Positions 1 through 8,011 of a stretch of 32,000 nucleotides of DNA are shown in pieces. Position 1 is the first letter of the stretch; every line of letters starts with the position of its first letter. The stretch spans positions 810,001 through 842,000 of the forward strand of contig OY969902.1 of NCBI GenBank assembly GCA_963704435.1, read 5' to 3'. Both the position numbers and the translations under genes were made by a program. Source of the DNA: an uncultured archaeon. Lineage in GTDB: Archaea; Micrarchaeota; Micrarchaeia; Micrarchaeales; CABMGC01. The notes under the pieces are model-generated. The model was not told the origin of the DNA and did not search any database. It worked only from the letters and a program-made list of their open reading frames with translations.

Positions 1-138
1 CGCATATATCTTTCCCATTGGCGCGGCATCCTGTCGCGTGTTGCGCATAAATTTTTCCATGCCCGCCCTTTCCTCAAAGCATCCGTTTAAATCTGCCTGC
101 AGCATAATGTAATAGCGTCTGCGCCATGGGTGCGTTTA

Positions 139-831
139 ATGAAGGTAAAAGTGATAACGGTAGAGCCGAAGTACCAGGTCAACCTCGGCTACATCGCCAG
201 GACCGCGGCCAACTTCGGCGTGGACCGGCTCTACTTCGTGAGCCCGAGGGCCAGGCTCGACGGCAAGACCGCGCTCATGTACGCGAAGCATGCCCGGCCC
301 CTGCTCGAGAAGGCAACTGTCTACAGGAGCTTCGGGGACGCGGTGCGCGACTGCGACTTCGTCGTCGCGACCAGCGGCATATGGAGGAAGGGCAGGTCCG
401 GCTCCGGAAAGGTCTGCCTCGCGGAGGACGCGATCGACCGGGTCTCCGCGCTCGGCAAGAAGAGCGTGGTGGGCATGGTCATCGGCAGGGACGACATAGG
501 CCTGAAGAGGGAGGAGATAGAGAAGTGCGACCTCCTCGCCTACATCGCCACCGATCCTGAGTACCCTGTGCTCAACATATCCCACGCCTTGGCCGTGATG
601 CTCTACCTCCTGAAAAGGAAGGGCTTGAGCGTCCGCTACAGGGGGATTTCTGCTGAAGAAGGGGTCCTTGACAAGCGGGAGCTGGCGATGCTTTTCAAGG
701 TGTTCGACGGCCTGGTGGCCGGGAAGAGGATAAGGGACAGGAGTTCAGTGTCCAACGCGTTCAGGAGGATGGTGCGCGCAGCGCAGCCCACAAAGAGCGA
801 GCTGCACTCGCTGATAACGGCGCTTAAGTAG
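139..831 (+). CDS. SpoU/TrmH-family RNA 2'-O-methyltransferase (TrmJ-like)
   Basis: Track ORF 130..831. The ATG at 139 gives MKVKVITVEP... SpoU motifs are visible: NLGYIARTAANFG, VIGRDDIGL, VLNISHALAVMLY. A TTTAAAT element lies at 86-92 upstream. GTG at 130 is an alternative start. Confidence 0.8.
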   Translation: MKVKVITVEPKYQVNLGYIARTAANFGVDRLYFVSPRARLDGKTALMYAKHARPLLEKATVYRSFGDAVRDCDFVVATSGIWRKGRSGSGKVCLAEDAIDRVSALGKKSVVGMVIGRDDIGLKREEIEKCDLLAYIATDPEYPVLNISHALAVMLYLLKRKGLSVRYRGISAEEGVLDKRELAMLFKVFDGLVAGKRIRDRSSVSNAFRRMVRAAQPTKSELHSLITALK

Positions 832-839
832 AGCGGCCT

Positions 840-1220
840 TTACCTTGTTGCTGCCTTCTTCCTCTTTATTATCTTGACCTTCGCGGGAGTAATGAGCACT
901 CTCGTGTCGTCAATCTGCGCTATGTCGCCGTTTATCTTGGAGGCGTAGGTCTTCAGCCTGGCTATGACGTTGTTCCTCGTCGTAGGCCTCTTGGCCAGCT
1001 CCTCTATGCTGAGCAGGATTATGTTCTTCTTGGAGAGCTCCTCCTCGATCAGCTTGACGTCGTCCTCGCTCGATATCGAAACGGGCTTGACGTACATGTC
1101 CGCGGGCTCGTGCATAATGTCGACGTCCGCCATCTCCGCCGAATTCATGTATTCCTCGATGCTCATCTCCTTAGCAGAGGAAACCCCAAACGCATGACCT
1201 AGTCTATCAAAAACTCCCAT
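840..1220 (-). CDS. sepF: Cell division protein SepF (DUF552) homolog
   Basis: 126-aa ORF. The core YVKPVSISSEDDVKLIEEELSKKNIILLSIEEL...INGDIAQIDDTRVLITPAKVKI resembles archaeal SepF. A TATA-like tttattga (minus strand, 1251-1258) lies about 31-38 nt upstream of the ATG. Confidence 0.75.
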   Translation of the reverse strand: MGVFDRLGHAFGVSSAKEMSIEEYMNSAEMADVDIMHEPADMYVKPVSISSEDDVKLIEEELSKKNIILLSIEELAKRPTTRNNVIARLKTYASKINGDIAQIDDTRVLITPAKVKIIKRKKAATR

Positions 1221-1311
1221 TTTTTCACCGTCGTTACCGTGAATATCCTTTCAATAAACATCTTTTTAATACTTTCTTCTTACGTCAGCAACCGGAAGTA
1301 CTATCCTCTCC

Positions 1312-1344
1312 ACAAAAGTGCGGCGCGGAATCGGCCCGCGCCGC
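1312..1344 (-). terminator. GC-rich hairpin followed by a U4 tract, downstream of the helicase gene
   Basis: Perfect 9-bp inverted repeat gcggcgcgg (1320-1328) / ccgcgccgc (1336-1344) with a 7-nt loop. It begins 14 nt after the stop codon at 1358-1360. On the minus-strand transcript it is followed by ACUUUUG. Confidence 0.5.
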
Positions 1345-1357
1345 GCCCGGAAACCAT

Positions 1358-3493
1358 TCACGCGGTCCCGGGAGGCACCTGGGACAGTATCCTCCCGGCG
1401 ATCTCCTTGCCGAACATCGAGACGACCTTCGCCCTCGCCTCCTCCGACCTCAGGTCCGATACGCGCCTTATCCCGTTGTCGTACATGAGCCTCGCCCTGA
1501 CCCTTCCCACCTGCTCCAGCCTGACGAGGTCTAGCAGCTCCCTCCTTATGCCGTACTTCGCCCTCATCCTTATCTCAAGCAGCCTCATGACGTTCATCCT
1601 GAGCAGCTTCGCCAGCTCCGTGCTCGCGTACAGCAGCCAGTCCGAGTTGTTCAGCTTGGCGAAGAGCGAGCCGGGCGTGGTGTTGTATCTCTTGACCACG
1701 TCGCGCTCCCCTATCTCGCCTATCCAGTCCCGGAGCATGAGCGCCGTGCTCAGCGGCTTGACCGGGTCGTAGTATGAGAAACTGCCGGATTCGGGGTTCG
1801 CGCCGGTGCCCTCGGTCAGGCGGGCGTAGGAGGTCAGAAACAGGTCGTTGGCCTCGTCCGTGGCCTTCACGAACGGCTTCATCTCCTGCGTGTTGCATAT
1901 CATGAAAAGGTAGGAGACGTCGTCCGTCACCTTAGGCAGGGTGTCGACTATCCACTTCGCGGAGAGCGGATCTATGTAGAGCTCGCTGACGCGTGCGCCC
2001 AGCCGCGTAGGCTCGTAGAAGCTGCCCCTCCTCTCGACGAACTTCCAGGACTCCAGCTCCGCCAGCACGTCGCCCACCAGCATCGCCATCTCGCGCGTGT
2101 CCGCGAACTGCTGGCCGTACAGCGTCCCGTTCATGAAGTCGAGTATGCTCTCCCTGCTCCTGAGCATCCTCGTCGCGACGAACGCGAGTATGTGCGTCCT
2201 GAGGATGGGGAGCACGCCGAGCTTCGACGATATGGGATCCAGCTCGCCCGCGATGTACCGTGCGTAGAGGTCCATTATCTCGCTCTTCGTCTTGGCGATC
2301 AGCAGCGCCCTTCCCTCGGTATCGTACTTCGGCCGTCCGGCCCTGCCGAACAGCTGCGTCACCTCGTTCACGCTGAGCTTCTCTGAGCCGCGGGAGTCGC
2401 TGTACCTGCTGGTGTCGCGCACCAGGACCGTGTGCGCGGGGGTGTTCACGCCCAATCCAAGCGTCGTGGTGGCGCAGATTACCTTCAGCGTTCCTTCCCT
2501 GAACGCGCGCTCTACCAGGTGCCTCTGCTCGTTCACGAGCCCGCTGTGGTGGAACGCGGCGCCCTTCTCGATGACCCTGGCGAGCCGCTCGCACTGCAGG
2601 GTGGGCTTTCCGAGCGCGTGCAGCGCCTCGTAGCTGAGTTTGGCCAGCTTCTCCTTCTCCTCCTTTGTGAGCAGGTCGTTGACCGCCTGGCCTATGCGCT
2701 CAGAGCTCGCCTCGGCGTTCTTCTTGGTGCTCAGGAACACCAGCGCCTGCTTCTTCCTGTGCAGGGTGTCCTGGATGACCCTCACCTCCGGGACGGTGCT
2801 GCTCCCTGCGAGCTCCTCATCGGCCCCCTGGTAGTACGCGGTGCCATTGAGCACGACCCCCCTCTCCAGCCGCACCGGCCTGTAGTCGCTCTCCACGAGC
2901 TCCGCGCCGAGCCACTCGGCTATGTCTCCCGCGTTACCGATTGTCGCGCTGAGCGCCACTATCTGCGCGCGGCTGCAGATCCTCCGCAGCTTGGTTATCA
3001 GCACCTCGAGCGTAGGGCCCCTCCCGGCGTCGTCGAGCATGTGTATCTCGTCGAACACGATGCAGCCTATCTCGTCCAGCCATGATAGGCCGTGCCTTAT
3101 GAGGCTGTCGAGCTTCTCAGTAGAGGCGAACACTATGTCGTAGTCGGACAGCCAGCGGTCGAGCGCGTCGAGGTCGCCTATCGACATTGCGACCTTCAGG
3201 AAGGGATAAGCGGACTTGAATTCCTCGTACTTCTCGCTAACAAGCGCGCGCATTGGCGCGACGTATATCGCCTTCTTCCTGGAGTGCGAGACGCATTTTA
3301 TGACCGCCATCTCGGCTATGAAGGTCTTGCCGCTGGCTGTGGGAGACGCGATTACCATGTTGGACCCGTCGAGCAGGCCCTTGCGCACGGCCGACTCCTG
3401 CGGTGGGGTTAGGCTCTTGACTCCGCGGGATGCGGCCGACTCCAGCACCTCCTTTGGGAGCTTAAATCCTATCTCTGAAAGAAGCATCGCCAT
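1358..3493 (-). CDS. hel308: Ski2-like ATP-dependent DNA helicase Hel308
   Basis: 711-aa ORF with superfamily-2 helicase motifs: Walker A SPTASGKT, DEIH box (VFDEIHML), SAT (ALSATIGN), motif VI QLFGRAGRP. The C-terminal winged-helix/ratchet-length extension is typical of Hel308. A TATA-like gctatataag (minus strand, 3516-3525) lies 23-32 nt upstream of the ATG, suggesting a leaderless transcript. Confidence 0.9.
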   Translation of the reverse strand: MAMLLSEIGFKLPKEVLESAASRGVKSLTPPQESAVRKGLLDGSNMVIASPTASGKTFIAEMAVIKCVSHSRKKAIYVAPMRALVSEKYEEFKSAYPFLKVAMSIGDLDALDRWLSDYDIVFASTEKLDSLIRHGLSWLDEIGCIVFDEIHMLDDAGRGPTLEVLITKLRRICSRAQIVALSATIGNAGDIAEWLGAELVESDYRPVRLERGVVLNGTAYYQGADEELAGSSTVPEVRVIQDTLHRKKQALVFLSTKKNAEASSERIGQAVNDLLTKEEKEKLAKLSYEALHALGKPTLQCERLARVIEKGAAFHHSGLVNEQRHLVERAFREGTLKVICATTTLGLGVNTPAHTVLVRDTSRYSDSRGSEKLSVNEVTQLFGRAGRPKYDTEGRALLIAKTKSEIMDLYARYIAGELDPISSKLGVLPILRTHILAFVATRMLRSRESILDFMNGTLYGQQFADTREMAMLVGDVLAELESWKFVERRGSFYEPTRLGARVSELYIDPLSAKWIVDTLPKVTDDVSYLFMICNTQEMKPFVKATDEANDLFLTSYARLTEGTGANPESGSFSYYDPVKPLSTALMLRDWIGEIGERDVVKRYNTTPGSLFAKLNNSDWLLYASTELAKLLRMNVMRLLEIRMRAKYGIRRELLDLVRLEQVGRVRARLMYDNGIRRVSDLRSEEARAKVVSMFGKEIAGRILSQVPPGTA

Positions 3494-3560
3494 ATGCGGT
3501 AATTGGCGAAGAAATCTTATATAGCCGAGGCCGCCGCGCTTCGGATACTCCCGAAAACCC

Positions 3561-5294
3561 TCATTTCTTGAATAGCGACTCCAGGTCAGTCGCCCGGGTC
3601 ACCTTGTTCTTGAACGCCTCCAGGTCGTCGTCGGTCAGTTTTTGGTACAGCAGGGAAGGCTTTCCTATGGTGTGGATCTTCTCCTCCATCAGGTCAGCCG
3701 CGCAGTCCCAGCTGCCCGGCGCGTCAGCGGAGCCCGGAAGGTTCAGCTGCTTCCACGTCCTTGCCGCAGATTTCGGGAGGAAGGGCGAGGATATCGTCGC
3801 AAGCCCCTTGCAGAATGAGACGCAAACGAACAGGACGTTCCTGGTCCTTTCCACATCCTCCTTCACCAGGACCCACGGCTTGCTCTCGTCGAAGTACCGG
3901 TTCCCGTCGCTGGACAGGAGAAGGAACTCGTTGAACGCCCCTCGGATCTCGGCCGCCTCTATGAGTTTTCCGATCCTTTCTCCCCTTTCCTTCAGGCTCA
4001 GCATAAGCTTTTTGTCGAGATCCGATAGCTTCTTCGGCTTCGAAACGGTCTTGTCGAGCTTGTTGTATACGAAAGTTACGGTCCTGTTGATGAGGTTTCC
4101 GAAATTGCCCAGCAGGTCCGAGTTGATGGTCTGCTGGAACGCGCCCCACTTGAACTCGGTATCCCCGACTTCGGGGATCAGGCTGATCAGCGCGCCGCGG
4201 ATCGTATCGGAGTCGATTCCAGCCTCAGGCAGGTTCTGGCAGAAGACGCCCCAGTTCTTGCTTTTCGAGAACTTCCGCCCTTCGTAATTGAGATACTGAA
4301 GCCCAACGACGTTGCTCGGCAGGTTGTAATCGCCTTTCGCAATCAGCATGCCGGGCCAGAAGATGGTGTGGAAGGGTATGTTGTCCTTGCCTAGGAAGTT
4401 GAATATCCTGCCCCTGTCCGACTGCCAGAAATCCTTCCAGTCATCTGGGCGCGCTTCCCTGGTGAACGAGACGTAGCCTATTGGGGCGTCGAACCAGACG
4501 TAGAATACCTTGTTCTCGAAACCTGGAAGCGGCACCTTTATCCCGTTCTCTATGTCCCGCGTGATGCACCGCTCCCTGATGCCTTCGTTCATCCATCCCA
4601 TAGCGAGCTTCGAGACCTGCTCCCTCCACTGGGTCTGGCCCTCTATCCAGCTTCTTATCTCGGGGGCCAGCTCGTCCGCCTTGAAGAAGAGGTTAAGGGA
4701 GTCCCTGACTTCGAGTGCGGATCCGGTTATGGCCGATTTCGGGTCTATCAGTTCCGTGGCCTCGAACAGGGATGCGCACCTCTCGCACTGGTCGCCGCTC
4801 GCTTCCGTGTATCCGCATTTTGGGCACGTGCCCACCACATACCTGTCCGGCAGGAACATCTTCTCTTTCGGGGAGTAGAGCACCTTGATCGTCTTTTCGG
4901 ATATGAATCCCTTCGCATTCAGGTCCTTAAAGAATTCCTTTGTCGTTTTGGTGTGGATCGGGTTTGTCGTCCTTGAGAAGTTATCGTACGATATGTCGAG
5001 CCAGGCATACATCCGCTTGTGCTGGTCGTGCAGTACCGAGCAGAACCTGTCCAGCGGTATGTTTAGCTTCGCCGCGGCTATCTCGCTCGCGGATCCGTGC
5101 TCGTCCGTCCCGCCCACGAACAGCGTCTCGTATCCCTTCGTCCTGCAGTATCTCGCGAATACGTCCGCAGGCAGGTGGGATCCTACGATGTGGCCGAGAT
5201 GCGGTACGCTATTCACATAAGGCAGGGCAGATGTCACTAGCACCTTGCTATCCGGCGGAATGGCATGTTCTTTGACCCTATCTTTTACAGTCAT
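3561..5294 (-). CDS. metG: Methionine--tRNA ligase
   Basis: 577-aa ORF with HIGH motif (PHLGHIVGS), KMSKS motif (KFSKSKN) and zinc knuckle CPKCG...CERC. A TATA-like gtatttatag (minus strand, 5324-5333) lies about 30-39 nt upstream. Confidence 0.95.
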   Translation of the reverse strand: MTVKDRVKEHAIPPDSKVLVTSALPYVNSVPHLGHIVGSHLPADVFARYCRTKGYETLFVGGTDEHGSASEIAAAKLNIPLDRFCSVLHDQHKRMYAWLDISYDNFSRTTNPIHTKTTKEFFKDLNAKGFISEKTIKVLYSPKEKMFLPDRYVVGTCPKCGYTEASGDQCERCASLFEATELIDPKSAITGSALEVRDSLNLFFKADELAPEIRSWIEGQTQWREQVSKLAMGWMNEGIRERCITRDIENGIKVPLPGFENKVFYVWFDAPIGYVSFTREARPDDWKDFWQSDRGRIFNFLGKDNIPFHTIFWPGMLIAKGDYNLPSNVVGLQYLNYEGRKFSKSKNWGVFCQNLPEAGIDSDTIRGALISLIPEVGDTEFKWGAFQQTINSDLLGNFGNLINRTVTFVYNKLDKTVSKPKKLSDLDKKLMLSLKERGERIGKLIEAAEIRGAFNEFLLLSSDGNRYFDESKPWVLVKEDVERTRNVLFVCVSFCKGLATISSPFLPKSAARTWKQLNLPGSADAPGSWDCAADLMEEKIHTIGKPSLLYQKLTDDDLEAFKNKVTRATDLESLFKK

Positions 5295-5380
5295 TCAATT
5301 CAATAGCTATCTTACAATCAGAGCTATAAATACGTTGGAGAGGCGTCACCTCCGCATGGCGCCCTTGGCAATGGGCATCA

Positions 5381-6058
5381 TCACAAGGAGATTTTCCTCG
5401 TCTGCCCTGATACTTGCCTGGCCCATTTTCCAATTTCCACGATGTCCTTCTGGGCTATGCCGCATTTCTTAAGTTGACCTAAGCGCGACTCGCTGTCAGT
5501 GAAGCTTCTGAGCATTTCAGCTTCATCAGCGAGGCAGGGAATACCAGAAAGGTATTCGATGGCCCCTGCGGTCGTAGTCATATGTGTCGCACCCGCCGTC
5601 CTGCGCAGATCCTTGAGGCAGAGAGATTCGAGATATCCACCCATCCCAGTATCCCTGCTCTCGATCTGGATTGGGTCCATAATCCCACCCTTCGGATTGT
5701 AGTTGAGCGAATAAGCGATATTCTTTCCCTCTGCAGCAACGACCTTGAAGCTGATCATTCCAAGCCGAACTAGCGGTTTTGCACTGCCTTCCGAATGCGT
5801 ATAGGTGCAGCGCGCATACTCGCTGCGGAGTGCATCGCGCGCTTTTGGGAGGAATGTCCTTATAGATAGTGAGAAGGAAAGCCTTCCCTGGAGCGCCTTC
5901 AGGGCCTTGTGATTTCCTTCGCAGGATATGTAAAACTCATATTCGTACAGACCCTGCCTGTGGTTGTTGTAGATTCCATACACTCGCAAGTGCTCGTCCG
6001 TTCTTATTTCGGATGCGCTTCGTGTGCCGTCCGTACGCAGAGCAGTTTTTCCAGTCAC
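5381..6058 (-). CDS. Hypothetical protein (ORFan, 225 aa)
   Basis: Long ORF immediately downstream of tRNA-Ala on the same strand. An AT-rich TATA-like element (ttaaaaata on the minus strand, about 6078-6088) lies 20-30 nt upstream of the ATG. I recognise no family motif. Confidence 0.6.
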   Translation of the reverse strand: MTGKTALRTDGTRSASEIRTDEHLRVYGIYNNHRQGLYEYEFYISCEGNHKALKALQGRLSFSLSIRTFLPKARDALRSEYARCTYTHSEGSAKPLVRLGMISFKVVAAEGKNIAYSLNYNPKGGIMDPIQIESRDTGMGGYLESLCLKDLRRTAGATHMTTTAGAIEYLSGIPCLADEAEMLRSFTDSESRLGQLKKCGIAQKDIVEIGKWARQVSGQTRKISL

Positions 6059-6130
6059 AAGTAGAATCCGTTCCCTCTATTTTTAAGTATTTGTCTGAAA
6101 TCGAGCTAAGGAGAAGCGAGGTTATTTCTA

Positions 6131-6202
6131 TGGACTTGACGGGATTCGAACCCGTAACCTCCTCGTTGCAAACGAGACGCGCTACCGTTGCGCTACAAGC
6201 CC
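6131..6202 (-). tRNA. tRNA-Ala (anticodon UGC)
   Basis: The reverse complement folds as a 72-nt cloverleaf: GGGCTTG-TA-GCGC-AACGGTA-GCGC-G-TCTCG-TTTGCAA-CGAGG-AGGTT-ACGGG-TTCGAAT-CCCGT-CAAGTCC-A. The anticodon loop TT-TGC-AA gives UGC. The G3:U70 alanine identity pair is present. CCA is not encoded. Confidence 0.95.
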
Positions 6203-6224
6203 CTGGAGATAGTTTGTCGTAACG

Positions 6225-6234
6225 GTTTATAACG
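6225..6234 (-). promoter_or_regulatory. TATA box for tRNA-Ala
   Basis: cgttataaac on the minus strand, 24-31 nt upstream of the mature tRNA 5' end at 6202. This is canonical archaeal spacing. Confidence 0.55.
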
Positions 6235-6279
6235 CTTTTTCCCGCATTCCGCTCCCGCATACTCTGACGATGCCATACC

Positions 6280-6287
6280 TTTAAATA
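6280..6287 (+). promoter_or_regulatory. TATA box (TTTAAATA) upstream of the acidic micro-ORF
   Basis: TTTAAATA on the plus strand about 50 nt upstream of the ATG at 6336, implying a leader of about 25 nt. It is too far (more than 75 nt) from the tRNA 5' end to serve the tRNA. Confidence 0.4.
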
Positions 6288-6335
6288 GTTTTTCCATATA
6301 AGGTAAATGCGATTCGACAGCCAAGGTTGATTGCG

Positions 6336-6455
6336 ATGGCAAAGAAAGAAGAAGACGCGGACGACAACGAGGAAAACGACGACGAGGATACCGAAGGCTT
6401 CGACGACTTCGACGAGGAAGATGATGACGTCGAAGGCGACGATTCCGAGTTCTAA
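6336..6455 (+). CDS. Hyper-acidic 39-aa micro-protein (MAKKEEDADDNEENDDEDTEGFDDFDEEDDDVEGDDSEF)
   Basis: Hand-translated ATG..TAA ORF that falls below the track length cut-off. It has its own upstream TTTAAATA box and does not overlap the tRNA, unlike the antisense 90-aa ORF. No homology check was possible. Confidence 0.4.
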   Translation: MAKKEEDADDNEENDDEDTEGFDDFDEEDDDVEGDDSEF

Positions 6456-6558
6456 TTCTGTCCATATCCTACTGAGAAAGTGCGTAGCATCTGTCCGCTA
6501 ATTCTAAACAAGCAGTAGTCTGCCGAGTCGCGGCAAGGGTGCTTCTGCACCAGAGATG

Positions 6559-7926
6559 CTACACTCCTTCTACATTGTTTGGTCTTGCGGTTTCTTCTTC
6601 AACAGTCTGGTTCGGCTTAGGCTCATCCATGGATTCAAGGTCCCTTCTTAATCTCCTGTACCTGTCCAGGTCTTCCATGTGCGCAATAATTATTTCGTAC
6701 AATTCGGCTTTGTTAAAGCCATAGTGCTCTGCAACTGCGGTTATCGCATCTGAAAACGCATTCCTTATTGGTTCTTCCGCATCTGATATGCGCCTGTTGA
6801 GATACTGGCGAACCACTTCCATGTGCTCTTCGCTTATGTCCTTCTGAATGACCCTCTTCCCAAGAAACTTGGCCCTCACGGCTATGGCTTCATTGATATC
6901 CTCCAGCTGTTTATTCATCTTTCTTGCATCTCCCAAGCTAATGCGAAATTCTTTCTTCAGCACTCGCGCGGCGCCGAAAACCATGAGCGTGGTTGCGTTT
7001 ACCTTTCTTATCTGCGCAGAGTCCTGCATATTATTGATATCGTTAATGAGCGCGTCGACCCGCAGTTTGAAGTGCTTTACGTATTCGCTAGTCTCCATTT
7101 CAGTGGCCAGACCCGCAGCTACCTTTTCCTCTACCGCTCCGGCCTTCTTTTCCTTGTCGGCATCCTTGACCAATTGTTCCTGCGCCGCATCCATGGCGTT
7201 CTTGATGCTCGCTCTTTCGTCCTCCGCCTGCTCCAGGTTCCGGTTTCTTAGGAAGGTTACCGCTTCACTCACAGATTTGGAATTCATTACCTTTCTCGCC
7301 TCTCCGTATGTTTCGGCCAATAAGGCGTGCTTTTCCCTTTCCTCAATTATCCCTAGCACGCCTCCTTTTTTCATCACCTTGTCCATTGCCTTGAATATAT
7401 TATTGAAAGCAGTGTCAAGGTTTATACCAAATGTCTCCTTGGCGCCCTCCACCGCTTGTCCTCCGCCGAGCTCCCCCGAAGTGTTGACTCGCCTTTCATT
7501 ATAGGTCTTTGCGGCATCCACGACGGCTTCCAGACCTTTCTGCAGCTTCTTTCCGCTAGCCTCCATGGCTTCGGTCTCCATCGTTTCTCCGCCGACTACC
7601 AATTTCTTGAAAGCCGTCTGATTCAATGTGCCTTCTTCGTAGCAGCTCTCAAGAGCGCTGTTCTTCTCGTCATTGGCATCCATATGCCCGCGGGATATGG
7701 TGCCTGGGCTTTCGGCAATTTCATCTAGATGATTAAGGAAGACTCTGGCGCTATCCTTCTGTGCCTGGTTCATCATTCCATGGTTGGAGCCTACGATTCC
7801 ATCGATGAGATTCCTTACACCCAAAACTTCTTTGAATATGGGCGTCAGCCTTTCAGCTTCTGCAGCAATCGCCTCCTTGCTTTCCCCTGCCCTGCCAGAC
7901 TCAAATAATTTACCTTTAAGCGTCAT
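6559..7926 (-). CDS. Hypothetical all-helical / coiled-coil-like protein (455 aa from the internal ATG)
   Basis: The track ORF 6559..8058 overlaps the 3' end of the upstream gene. The ATG at 7926 (MTLKGKLFESG...) is preceded by a minus-strand tttataaa element at about 7959-7968. The sequence is rich in E/K/A/L with long helix-like stretches. No catalytic or NTP-binding motifs were seen. Confidence 0.65.
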   Translation of the reverse strand: MTLKGKLFESGRAGESKEAIAAEAERLTPIFKEVLGVRNLIDGIVGSNHGMMNQAQKDSARVFLNHLDEIAESPGTISRGHMDANDEKNSALESCYEEGTLNQTAFKKLVVGGETMETEAMEASGKKLQKGLEAVVDAAKTYNERRVNTSGELGGGQAVEGAKETFGINLDTAFNNIFKAMDKVMKKGGVLGIIEEREKHALLAETYGEARKVMNSKSVSEAVTFLRNRNLEQAEDERASIKNAMDAAQEQLVKDADKEKKAGAVEEKVAAGLATEMETSEYVKHFKLRVDALINDINNMQDSAQIRKVNATTLMVFGAARVLKKEFRISLGDARKMNKQLEDINEAIAVRAKFLGKRVIQKDISEEHMEVVRQYLNRRISDAEEPIRNAFSDAITAVAEHYGFNKAELYEIIIAHMEDLDRYRRLRRDLESMDEPKPNQTVEEETARPNNVEGV

Positions 7927-8011
7927 AGAACCCACTAAGTTAGCATATGCCCCTCGTCTTTTATAAAGATTCGTATGGAAGCTGACGAGAGTCCAGATGA
8001 GGATACTGCCA

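Noticed and set aside
1-60. Possible 5' end of a minus-strand gene (MEKFMRNTRQDAAPMGKIYA...) leaving the window
   Set aside because: Only 20 codons are visible, which is too short to support a call.
126-585. 144-aa plus-strand and 149-aa minus-strand ORFs overlapping the methyltransferase gene
   Set aside because: They are alternative or antisense frames of a gene with clear SpoU motifs, and their Arg/Gly/Pro-rich composition is uninformative.
1239-1772. 177-aa plus-strand ORF antisense to the hel308 3' end
   Set aside because: It has a Ser/Leu-rich antisense-frame composition, begins in the sepF-hel308 intergenic region without a promoter, and overlaps a well-supported gene.
6193-6465. 90-aa Arg-rich minus-strand ORF
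   Set aside because: It runs into the tRNA-Ala gene (6193-6202) and is the mirror image of the acidic codon run. It has no promoter of its own, since the minus-strand TATA at 6225-6234 serves the tRNA.
6419-6474. C/D-box sRNA-like spacing (AUGAUGA at about 6420-6426, CUGA at about 6471-6474)
   Set aside because: The C-box-like string is just GAT-GAT-GAC codons of the acidic ORF. There are no internal C'/D' boxes and no terminal stem, so this is a chance occurrence.
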